This document shows positions 29,604-38,606 of a stretch of 53,409 nucleotides of DNA, in pieces. The translations under genes and the position numbers were made by a program. The stretch comes from a virus (lineage: Duplodnaviria; Caudoviricetes), in IMG/VR virus record IMGVR_UViG_3300020042_002363, positions 1-53,409 of that record; one strand, 5' to 3'. The notes below the pieces were generated by a model that searched no databases, was not told the origin of the DNA, and saw only the letters and a program-made list of their open reading frames with translations. The first letter of the stretch is position 1, and the number at the start of each line of letters is the position of its first letter.

Positions 29604-30266
29604 ATGGCAATCGTTGACAGCAAAGAGCAAATGCTAGAACTCAACCAGTTAATTCAAGATGGTTATGAAAACAATCCTGATCCTCAGTTACCACTAGAGC
29701 TTCAGTATCCACGTTTTGTTCAAGAGCGAACGATTCCTAACTCCCTTTTTCTGCGATACGGCAACACTATATTTATTATGCATGGTCATGAAAAAAAAGC
29801 TGGCTTAGCATCAATGCGAATAATTAATGCTGATACTGATGAAAACTTTGTTCAGTCTCTTTATCAATGTTTAAAAGACGCTTATTTAGATGGTTTTTAT
29901 TTCTTAGTTGTAAGAAATCCTGATGAAATGTTTTTGAGTGCTTTAGAGATGGTTGAGCAACAACCACCGCATCCGGGAACTAATCATAGAATGGATGAAG
30001 ATAGTGATGGAATGTCTGTTGTTGGAATTATGATTGGTGATCCAAAAAGAACTAAATTAAGACAGCCAGTTCCTTTAGATTTTCCTCCTCCAAATAATGC
30101 ACGAGAATTTGCAGAAAGAATTGCAAACCAAAAAGGTCGTGCGCCACAAGGAATGGAAGCTGAAATGGGTGGAGGTCAAATGCCTCCAATGCAAACTCCT
30201 ATGTCACAACCTCCTATGGGTGGATTAGGTCAATTGCAAAACAAATTAACTGAAGGCGAGGTGTAA
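29604..30266 (+). CDS. Hypothetical protein preceding ejection proteins
   Basis: Globular alpha/beta N-terminus and M/P/Q/G-rich tail. Confidence 0.7.
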   Translation: MAIVDSKEQMLELNQLIQDGYENNPDPQLPLELQYPRFVQERTIPNSLFLRYGNTIFIMHGHEKKAGLASMRIINADTDENFVQSLYQCLKDAYLDGFYFLVVRNPDEMFLSALEMVEQQPPHPGTNHRMDEDSDGMSVVGIMIGDPKRTKLRQPVPLDFPPPNNAREFAERIANQKGRAPQGMEAEMGGGQMPPMQTPMSQPPMGGLGQLQNKLTEGEV

Positions 30267-30267
30267 C

Positions 30268-31806
30268 ATGGGACTTTTTAGTTGGGTAAGCAATGCTTGG
30301 GATGGTATTGTTGATTTTGTATCTGAATCAGCTAGTGATTTAGGCTCTGCAATTTCAGAATCATGGAAGGATGCTGGCAAAATATTAGATAAATATGTTG
30401 TTAAGCCAATTGAGAAAGACCCATGGGGTTTTATTGTTACTGCGGCGGCGGCTTCATTTGGCATACCTTATATAGTAGGTCCGGGCATGATTGCGTCAGG
30501 TATTGCAAGCACTGCTGTTTCATTAGCTCAAGGTAAAGATTTTGATGATGCATTAACTGATGGCGTTACTGCGGCTGTGTTGGACTTTGGTATTTCTGAA
30601 GGGTTCAATGTTCTTAAAGGTTCACCAAAACCATTTGGTTCTTCTGCGAACATTGGAGCGCAATTTGATTCAACACCAACATTTGAATCAATGTTTGGTG
30701 ATGCAGCTCCAACAAAAACAGTCACAAATCAATTAGATGATTCATTAAACCTTAATAAAGATTTCACATCAGCAATGCCAGAGAATCAAGTTGGTGCATT
30801 AGACTTAAATAAAGAACTTGATTTTAATCCTCAGCAGTTTGATGAAATGGCTGCATTAAGACCTGATGAAATTGCAGCTATGAATGAAGGTTCATATTTT
30901 AATGATCCTTATCCTAATGAAACATATTTAAATGATGACGGAATGTTAGGGTTTGATAGGGGTCAATATGCTGCATATACAGAACCAGCCCCAAGACTTT
31001 CAGATATATATCCAGAGCCAAAAAATTATTTAAGTGATATAAGCACAAATGAACTTGGTGCGCTTCCTGATTCTGGCACATACAAAGCGCCAATAGTGGA
31101 TATGGGAGTAGATGCAACTAAAAAAGCTGCTGACATTACTGCTGGTGATTGGTGGAAACATCCAGTAGATACACTTGGTAAATACACTGAAGACAAGATT
31201 GGTGTTGATATTACCAACCCATGGATTGTTGGTGGAGCTGGACTTGGTTTAAGTTATCTTCAAAAGAAAAAAGCTGCTGAAGAAGAAAGACGACGCAGAG
31301 AAGAGGCTGCAAGAAATGATCCATTAAATAGCCCATTGTTTACTTCTCGTTTACAACAATATAAATATGAAAGAAATAGAAATAAATACACAGGTGATCC
31401 TATAAGGTATGGTCAAAGAGACAATGTAAATCAAGGTGAATTTGCATTCTATGACCCAGCACAATTTACTCCAATAACTCCAGCCGCAACTGGTGGTCAA
31501 ATACGCGCTCCGCATTCTTACTATCAATATGGGAATGTACCTGCGTCAGTAAAAGAATATGCGCATGGCGGGTTAAATGCACTGTCTCATGGTCGCTCTG
31601 ATGATATTCCAGCAGTTCTATCTGATGGTGAGTATGTAATGGATGCTGAAACAGTTGCGTTGCTTGGCAATGGGTCAACTGATGCTGGTGCAAAACAATT
31701 AGATCGTATGCGTGAATCTTTGAGAAAGCAAAAAGGAAAAGCTTTATCTAAGGGTAAGTTTTCTCCTAATGCTAAATCTCCATTAGCTTACTTACAAAGA
31801 GGTTAA
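30268..31806 (+). CDS. Internal virion/ejection protein with C-terminal SDDIPA.LSDGEYV domain
   Basis: MGLF start with hydrophobic helices; AATGG and YAHGG motifs; tape-measure-like C-terminal domain. Confidence 0.7.
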   Translation: MGLFSWVSNAWDGIVDFVSESASDLGSAISESWKDAGKILDKYVVKPIEKDPWGFIVTAAAASFGIPYIVGPGMIASGIASTAVSLAQGKDFDDALTDGVTAAVLDFGISEGFNVLKGSPKPFGSSANIGAQFDSTPTFESMFGDAAPTKTVTNQLDDSLNLNKDFTSAMPENQVGALDLNKELDFNPQQFDEMAALRPDEIAAMNEGSYFNDPYPNETYLNDDGMLGFDRGQYAAYTEPAPRLSDIYPEPKNYLSDISTNELGALPDSGTYKAPIVDMGVDATKKAADITAGDWWKHPVDTLGKYTEDKIGVDITNPWIVGGAGLGLSYLQKKKAAEEERRRREEAARNDPLNSPLFTSRLQQYKYERNRNKYTGDPIRYGQRDNVNQGEFAFYDPAQFTPITPAATGGQIRAPHSYYQYGNVPASVKEYAHGGLNALSHGRSDDIPAVLSDGEYVMDAETVALLGNGSTDAGAKQLDRMRESLRKQKGKALSKGKFSPNAKSPLAYLQRG

Positions 31807-31808
31807 AA

Positions 31809-32813
31809 ATGGCTCTAGCAGAAATAGGAGACTTTTTATTTGGGGCTAAAGCTCCCCCATCAGTTACAACTTACGGGACTAGTACAACTACTACTCCTGC
31901 TTGGTATAACGACTACACACAAGGTTTAATTGGTAAGGCTAATGCAATTGCTGCTGAGCCATATCAACTATATACAGAGCCTCGTATTGCAGAATTTACT
32001 GACAATCAGAATCTAGCGTTTGCATTAACGCCTGAAGCTGCTGGCTCTTACATTCCTTATTTGGGTGGTGCTACTGATCTTTATAATCAACTAGGAAACA
32101 CTACTGCGTTAAGTAAAGCACAGCCTTATTTAAATAATGCATCTCAAAATAGTTATGCAAATGTACAAAATTACATGAACCCATACATGGATTCGGTTAC
32201 TAATCGAATCGGTCAAATGGCTCAGCGTAACTTGTCTGAAAACATTATTCCGCAAATTCAGAACCAATTCATTGGCGGTGGATCATTTGGTGGTAGCCGT
32301 AGTGGTACAGCTATGGGTAAAGCAATGCGTGATATATCTGCTGACACTTTAGCGCAACAAACAAGTGCATTAGCTGGTGGATACAATCAAGCAATGGCTC
32401 AAAGCGCAGCAGACCTTACAAGACAGGGACAGTTAGGTCAAATAACTGGTGCAATAGGTCAAGCAGACCTTACTAGACAGCTTCAGCTTGGACAGCAATA
32501 TGCTGGTCTTGGTGCATTGGCGCAGTCTCTTGGTCTTAATGAGGCTGCCGCATTGGAGGCTGTTGGTCTTACACAGCAAAATCAAAATCAGAGAAATCTT
32601 GATTTGGCTTACTCAGACTTTGCTGATCAGCGTGATTACGACAGAAATAATATTGCATTCTTGAATGCTGCTATTCGTGGTTTAGCTATTCCAACATCAA
32701 CATATGCAACTCAGAGTGGGCCTGCTGGTTCATACCAACCATCAGGGTTGTCGCAGCTTGCTCAAGTTGGCTCTATGATTTATGGCGGCACTAAAAAAAG
32801 CCCGGGAACTTAA
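31809..32813 (+). CDS. DNA ejection (pilot) protein
   Basis: Q/A/G-rich helices, YMNPY, G.FGGSR motif. Confidence 0.7.
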   Translation: MALAEIGDFLFGAKAPPSVTTYGTSTTTTPAWYNDYTQGLIGKANAIAAEPYQLYTEPRIAEFTDNQNLAFALTPEAAGSYIPYLGGATDLYNQLGNTTALSKAQPYLNNASQNSYANVQNYMNPYMDSVTNRIGQMAQRNLSENIIPQIQNQFIGGGSFGGSRSGTAMGKAMRDISADTLAQQTSALAGGYNQAMAQSAADLTRQGQLGQITGAIGQADLTRQLQLGQQYAGLGALAQSLGLNEAAALEAVGLTQQNQNQRNLDLAYSDFADQRDYDRNNIAFLNAAIRGLAIPTSTYATQSGPAGSYQPSGLSQLAQVGSMIYGGTKKSPGT

Positions 32814-32828
32814 TTAAAGGTAATTACA

Positions 32829-35800
32829 ATGGCTAATAAACCTCGTCGGTATGACAACTTGGCTGATTTTGATTTTGAAAGCTTAATTCCTCAGCAGGGA
32901 TTAAGTAATCAGCCTGTACAAAATAATGAGTTAACTGATGATGAACTATTAGCTCTTAATCAAGGTGCTGAAGACCCAAATGCTGATTACCTAAATCAAA
33001 CTTCTGCTGGTGTTCGATTATCAGACCCAAGTGTTAACCCATCATTTGCTAATAAGGCTAGTCAAGCTGGTGAGCGATATTTAACTCAGAAAAAAGCAGA
33101 AAGAACTGCAACAGCAGAAATTTTAAAAAAAGCTCAGGAAGCTTTGCTTGCTAGATCGCAAGAAGGTTGGACTCGTGGCGATTATTTTAGACTTGCTGCT
33201 GCCCTTGGTAAACCAACAAGAACTGGTAGCTTTGGTGAAGAATTAGGCAATGCTGCTGAAGTTATGGCTGGAGTTAGTGACCGCCAAACAAAAGCTAAGC
33301 AAGACTATGAAGCATTAAAATTAAAATACCAATTGCAAAATGCATCTCAAGGTGCTGAAGATGCTGAGCAAGAATTTGGTGTGTATAGCAAACTTGCAAC
33401 TGGCAGAGGTCAATCTGCATCTAGACTGCGTCAAATGCAAATAGAGCGTGATGCGCTACCAATGAATGACCCAGCTCGTGCTGAATTAAGTGCAGCTATT
33501 GAATTAATGACTACTGAGAAGAAAACAAAAGCTAATACTCCTTCAGGTCAGTTTGTTGAATTAGTAACCATAGCTAATGATGTTAATCAGCCTAAAGAAG
33601 TTAGAGAAGCGGCTGCTGCAAAGATAAGAAAAGAAACATACATTCCTCCTCCGAAAGCACCAAAGGGTGAGCCACCTCCTGTAGTTAATTTAACTGCTGC
33701 TGAAAACACTGGTATGCGTTTAGGTGTTCCTGTCATGATTGACAGCCCATTTTCTAATGTTGATCAAAAAACTCAACAGCAATTAGTATTACAAGCAAGC
33801 AAACGTGCGCAAGCTGAAATAGCAAAAGTTGAAGAGGCAGCAGATAAGGCTCAATTTTCTCAGCAAAAGATGGCGCGTTTTCTTAAATTAAATAAAGAAA
33901 ACCCAACTAACCCTATTACTGGAAAATTACCTTCATTCAAAGCTGCTGCTCAAGAAATGGATAACATTACTGCTGAGCTTGCACCTGAAAAAAGATTAGA
34001 AGGAACTGGTTCGGTTTCTGACTTTGATGCTAAGCAGTTGCTTAAAGCGGTTGTTAACCAAAGCAATTCTTATGAGGCTAACAAAAATATTGGCTTGGCA
34101 TGGGATGCTTATGCAAAAACAATAAAAGAGAAAAGTAATTTCTTGCGTAACTACTTTACCACCAATAAAACTTTGGATGGCTCTAGTCAGGCATGGATGC
34201 GCTACATGAATGCGAATCCTATTTTTGATCCAAAGCAGCCCGGAACTTTTGCTCCTAACAAAGCTCGTAAGACTTATAAAGAATTCTTCTATCCACCAAA
34301 GCCACAACAAAAAGCTGAAGGTGGCATAGTTAATTATTCTGATGGTGGTGATGTATCTCCATACAGTAATTACTATGAACAAGAGCAGCCAGATTTATCT
34401 GTGTTGATGAATAAGTATGCTCATGGTGGTGCTGTAAATCATCCACAATATGATCAATATGGTCGTAGGAAATTTGCTAAGGCTGGAGAAGTAAAAGAAG
34501 GTTATAAATTATATTCCCCGCATAAAGCTGGTTTTCAGAATTTATTTTTTGGCATAAACGATAACTCATTAAAAGATTTAAACACTGAAGACAGGGATTA
34601 TGTAAAGCAACAGCATAAAGACTATATAGATTCTATAACAGGAAATAGAACAGGTTTTATTAGAAAAATCAATGAGCTTTTAAGAAAAGATGATTACTAC
34701 TGGATTAAAGACCCTAACTACAATCCAAATGCTAATTCATCAGGCACAGGTACAGGTACAGGCACTGGCTCTGGAACTAGTGATGGCTCAAGCACTAGCA
34801 ACAACTCTGGCAAACAATACAACCCAGTAAGTGATGTATCTAAATACGGGTACAGACCTCAGCATGATTTCTATTTGCAAAATGGGGTGTCTGATTCTGC
34901 TGCAAGTGAGGAAGAAATCTCGTCTTCTGAATCAGATACTGTTAATAACCAATCACGCAATAAAAGGGTATCTGACAATCCAGAGTGGTTTGACTATTTA
35001 TCAAACTTTGGTACTGCAACACCATCAACTTATAGAAACACCCCTAAAGAATTAGATAAATTATTATCGCAAGATTATTTGTTAGACTTTGATTTGTACG
35101 CTAAAGGCGGAGAAGTAAAAAATAAATTGTATGACAAGTATGGTCGTCAAAAATTAGGTTGGGGTGGTCTGGGTTTTCTAAGAGCATTTAAACCTACAAT
35201 AGCACCAGCACCTACACCTACACCAGAAACAAAACCAGACTTTAGTTTTTTAGATAGGGCAGACTTTGGTACAAAACCTACGCCTACGCCTACACCAACG
35301 CCAACTCCAACTCCAACACCTACACCAGTTGTTGATCCATTGCCAAAGCTTTCGGAAGAGGCTGTAATTGCTGCGACTAATTTAGGTCGTAAATATGCAA
35401 GACCTACCCAAGATTTGTATAATTATGGATCAAGAAAAGCGCATAAGTTTTTTACTGATGGACAAAATTATGCTCGTAATGATGGTTCTATTCCAGTAAC
35501 AGATGGTTCAGGTACTAACACAACAACTCCAGTAGTTGTAAAACCCACACCTACTCCTACACCTGCGCCAGCAAAAAAATGGGCATATAAAGGACAATGG
35601 AATCCAGCTATATTACCTCCTAATCAGCGTTTTTCTCATGGTGGTGTAGCCCATATGCAAGAAGGTGGAGTTCCACCAGAATCAGTCGTGCGTTTAAAGC
35701 CTATTCGTTCTTCTGACTCAGCTAACCGCGCTCGTGCTTTCTTTGGTCAAGGCATGGGTATGTCTATTGGTGATGAAGCAGAAGCTTTGTACCGTAAATA

Positions 35801-38597
35801 CTTAACTGATGAAGGCTCTAACAAGAGCTATGGTCAATTGGTTGATGAAATTCGTAGTGATTACCGTCGATTCTCTGAAGAGAACCCAGAGCAGCAAATG
35901 GCTTTTGAACTTTCTGGTGGCATAACTCCTACTGTAGGCGCAATGTTGTTGCCCGGAGGTCAGACTGCGGCTGGTGCTAATGTTGGTCGTATGGCTAACA
36001 TGTTTACAAAAACACCATTGCGCCGTGCTGCAACAGGTGCTGGAGCTTCTGGTGCTGTATCAGGATTTAATGCAGGTGAAGATACATTGTCTAATCGTTT
36101 AGGCAGTGCTACTGAGAGCGGATTAACTAGCACAGTGCTAGGCCCTGTCGTTGGTAAGGCTGGTCAACTTGCCTTGCGTGGCGGTAAGGGTGCTGTAAAC
36201 CTTGCTAAGCGCCCATTCCAGATTGGTGACAACTATCTTGAACAGCAAGCCATGGACAAGGTCTTGGAAAAAATGCGTCAAGATAACATCACACCTCGCC
36301 AAGCTCTTGGTCGTGTTGCTAATGATCGTGGATACAATCCGACTACTAGACCTGTAGGAACTCGCCCTGACACTCGCCTGATGGATGTCTCACAGGGATT
36401 GACTGACTTGGCTGAAACCGTAACACAGAGACCCGGAGGCGGTCGTACTGCTATGGTTGAGGACATGAAGAATCGTGTTCGTGGCACGAAGGGCAGAGTC
36501 ACACAAATGGCTAATGAGGCTCTAGCAGGTAACAAGGCTTACTTCAAAGAAGTAACCGACTTGACAAAAGACTTACGCTCAAAGGCTGATACTGCTTACC
36601 AAGCTGCATATTCTTTTGGTGATGTATCTGACCCAAGAATTATGGGTATTTTAGATACGCCAGAGTTTAAACGTGCTTATCAAGAAATAATGAAGACTAA
36701 TCAAATCAAGAAGGCTAATGCGGTTGCATTAGGTCAAGACCCTTCACAGTTTGATATGAAGCAGATTTATCGAGTCAAGCCCGGACAAAATCCTGACAGC
36801 CCTATTCTTGATTTAGAGTTGACTGATGTTCCTGATGTTAGGACTTTGGACAACATCAAGCAAGGTATTGACACTGTTATTGCTAAAGGATTTGCAAGCG
36901 ATGACAAGATTAGCCGAGATGCAGCTAATGCTCTCAAGCAACTGAAGAACACTTATGTAAGCATTCTTGATGATGCAGTACCTGCATATAAAGTTGCGCG
37001 CAATCAATACAAGGGCGACATTGAGATTATTGAGGCATTAGAAACTGGTCGTAATCAGTATTCAAAAATGTTACCTGATGAAGCAATGCAATATGTTTCT
37101 ACATTAAGTGATGCTGAAAAACAGGCTTTACGTGTTGGCTATGCTCAAAACTTTGCTACCAAGATTGGTGAGTCTAAGAACTCAATCAATGCTGCTGAGC
37201 AGATAATTGGTGCTGAGAATGAGCGTCTACGTTTAAGAGCATTGTTTGGCTCTGATGCTGAATACAAAGTATTTGAAAATGCTTTGATGGCTGAGTCTCG
37301 CAACTTTAGAAATGCAGGTCAAGTGGTAGCAAATTCTGCTACCGAGCGCCGTGCTATGGGTCGTAAAGAGTTTGAAAACAATGATGCTGTTGGTGAAATA
37401 CTCGATGCTACTCGTGGCGGTGTAACTAGCACTGTACTCAGCATTTTGCGTAAAGCTCCATCACTGTTTAAGAATGAAAAAATAGCTGAGAAAGTAAGCA
37501 AGATTCTTTCTACTGGCACACCACAAGAAATCAATTCCATTCTTAGACAAATGGAAAAACGTGCTGTTGGTTTCTCTAAATCCGCAAAGACTAAAGAGCG
37601 TGTTGGTTATGCAGGTGCTAAAGCTACTGGCAGGGCATCAGGTCAAACTCCTATTGCAGCTTCATATGAAGAACCAGCTCCAGAGGAACTTCCATCAGCA
37701 ATTGACCCAAGCTCTGAGGGTGCATTAGACCCATCTGAAAGTGTTGTTTTTGATTCTCCAGAAATAGAACCTCAAGACACAGAAGAGCCAGAGCAGGTAG
37801 AAGTTCCAATGGAGCAGCAACGATATGGTGGCGGTCTTGTCCGTAAATTTGCTGATGGTGGCTATGCTGAATTTACACCTGAGAAAATTGCTGAGCATTC
37901 AAAAATGCTTGAATACCAAAAAATGCGTCGTAAACAGGCTGATGACTATTTAAAGCAGGTATATGACAGGCGTGCAAAAACTCAATCTAGAAGCCCTGTA
38001 GGTGGAGTAGGTGGTGGTGCTGCTATTGGTCACATGAGTGATCCAAGCTCAGTTAAATCCCTAATCCCTAACTTTGCTGAAGGTGGTTCTGCTAGAGAAG
38101 CTAATTATGTATCAGACATTTTAGACAGAGTTGATGTTAGTGCTTATGCTGATCAAATGCAGCAAGGTAAAAACAGAAGTAAGTTTATGATGGGTAGGCT
38201 TGGATATCGTCAACCACTTGCAGATAACAGACAATTATCTGGTGGCTTATCTGGTAGTGCTGTTGAATATGAGGGTGAGGATAATCGAGGCAATAAATAT
38301 CAGGGCGGCAAATCTGGTTTGACAGGCGCTGATTTAGCTTATGAAGATGAAAAGAACCGTCTGGCTGTTAAGTATACAACTCCACAAAGAGAGAATAATT
38401 TAGCATTCCAAGGTGTTGAGTATGCTCGTAAGCTTGCAAATAACAAAGGGACTGTTGGTGGTCGTTATTCTAGAATTTCTCCAGAGGGAATTCGTCGTGA
38501 ACCACAAGCAGAGCTTTTCTATAACAAGCAATTTAAATCTGGTGGTGCTGTAAAAAAGAATGCTATGAAAAATGTAATGCGTAAAATGGCTAAATAA
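32829..38597 (+). CDS. Giant modular internal virion protein (1922 aa)
   Basis: Two ejection-protein-like helical blocks, low-complexity linkers, about 12 xxxGG motifs, C-terminal beta-strand module. Confidence 0.8.
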   Translation: MANKPRRYDNLADFDFESLIPQQGLSNQPVQNNELTDDELLALNQGAEDPNADYLNQTSAGVRLSDPSVNPSFANKASQAGERYLTQKKAERTATAEILKKAQEALLARSQEGWTRGDYFRLAAALGKPTRTGSFGEELGNAAEVMAGVSDRQTKAKQDYEALKLKYQLQNASQGAEDAEQEFGVYSKLATGRGQSASRLRQMQIERDALPMNDPARAELSAAIELMTTEKKTKANTPSGQFVELVTIANDVNQPKEVREAAAAKIRKETYIPPPKAPKGEPPPVVNLTAAENTGMRLGVPVMIDSPFSNVDQKTQQQLVLQASKRAQAEIAKVEEAADKAQFSQQKMARFLKLNKENPTNPITGKLPSFKAAAQEMDNITAELAPEKRLEGTGSVSDFDAKQLLKAVVNQSNSYEANKNIGLAWDAYAKTIKEKSNFLRNYFTTNKTLDGSSQAWMRYMNANPIFDPKQPGTFAPNKARKTYKEFFYPPKPQQKAEGGIVNYSDGGDVSPYSNYYEQEQPDLSVLMNKYAHGGAVNHPQYDQYGRRKFAKAGEVKEGYKLYSPHKAGFQNLFFGINDNSLKDLNTEDRDYVKQQHKDYIDSITGNRTGFIRKINELLRKDDYYWIKDPNYNPNANSSGTGTGTGTGSGTSDGSSTSNNSGKQYNPVSDVSKYGYRPQHDFYLQNGVSDSAASEEEISSSESDTVNNQSRNKRVSDNPEWFDYLSNFGTATPSTYRNTPKELDKLLSQDYLLDFDLYAKGGEVKNKLYDKYGRQKLGWGGLGFLRAFKPTIAPAPTPTPETKPDFSFLDRADFGTKPTPTPTPTPTPTPTPTPVVDPLPKLSEEAVIAATNLGRKYARPTQDLYNYGSRKAHKFFTDGQNYARNDGSIPVTDGSGTNTTTPVVVKPTPTPTPAPAKKWAYKGQWNPAILPPNQRFSHGGVAHMQEGGVPPESVVRLKPIRSSDSANRARAFFGQGMGMSIGDEAEALYRKYLTDEGSNKSYGQLVDEIRSDYRRFSEENPEQQMAFELSGGITPTVGAMLLPGGQTAAGANVGRMANMFTKTPLRRAATGAGASGAVSGFNAGEDTLSNRLGSATESGLTSTVLGPVVGKAGQLALRGGKGAVNLAKRPFQIGDNYLEQQAMDKVLEKMRQDNITPRQALGRVANDRGYNPTTRPVGTRPDTRLMDVSQGLTDLAETVTQRPGGGRTAMVEDMKNRVRGTKGRVTQMANEALAGNKAYFKEVTDLTKDLRSKADTAYQAAYSFGDVSDPRIMGILDTPEFKRAYQEIMKTNQIKKANAVALGQDPSQFDMKQIYRVKPGQNPDSPILDLELTDVPDVRTLDNIKQGIDTVIAKGFASDDKISRDAANALKQLKNTYVSILDDAVPAYKVARNQYKGDIEIIEALETGRNQYSKMLPDEAMQYVSTLSDAEKQALRVGYAQNFATKIGESKNSINAAEQIIGAENERLRLRALFGSDAEYKVFENALMAESRNFRNAGQVVANSATERRAMGRKEFENNDAVGEILDATRGGVTSTVLSILRKAPSLFKNEKIAEKVSKILSTGTPQEINSILRQMEKRAVGFSKSAKTKERVGYAGAKATGRASGQTPIAASYEEPAPEELPSAIDPSSEGALDPSESVVFDSPEIEPQDTEEPEQVEVPMEQQRYGGGLVRKFADGGYAEFTPEKIAEHSKMLEYQKMRRKQADDYLKQVYDRRAKTQSRSPVGGVGGGAAIGHMSDPSSVKSLIPNFAEGGSAREANYVSDILDRVDVSAYADQMQQGKNRSKFMMGRLGYRQPLADNRQLSGGLSGSAVEYEGEDNRGNKYQGGKSGLTGADLAYEDEKNRLAVKYTTPQRENNLAFQGVEYARKLANNKGTVGGRYSRISPEGIRREPQAELFYNKQFKSGGAVKKNAMKNVMRKMAK
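35278..35327 (+). repeat. Pro-Thr linker repeat
   Basis: (PT)n with mixed synonymous codons. Confidence 0.8.
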
Positions 38598-38606
38598 GGA
38601 ATAGAC

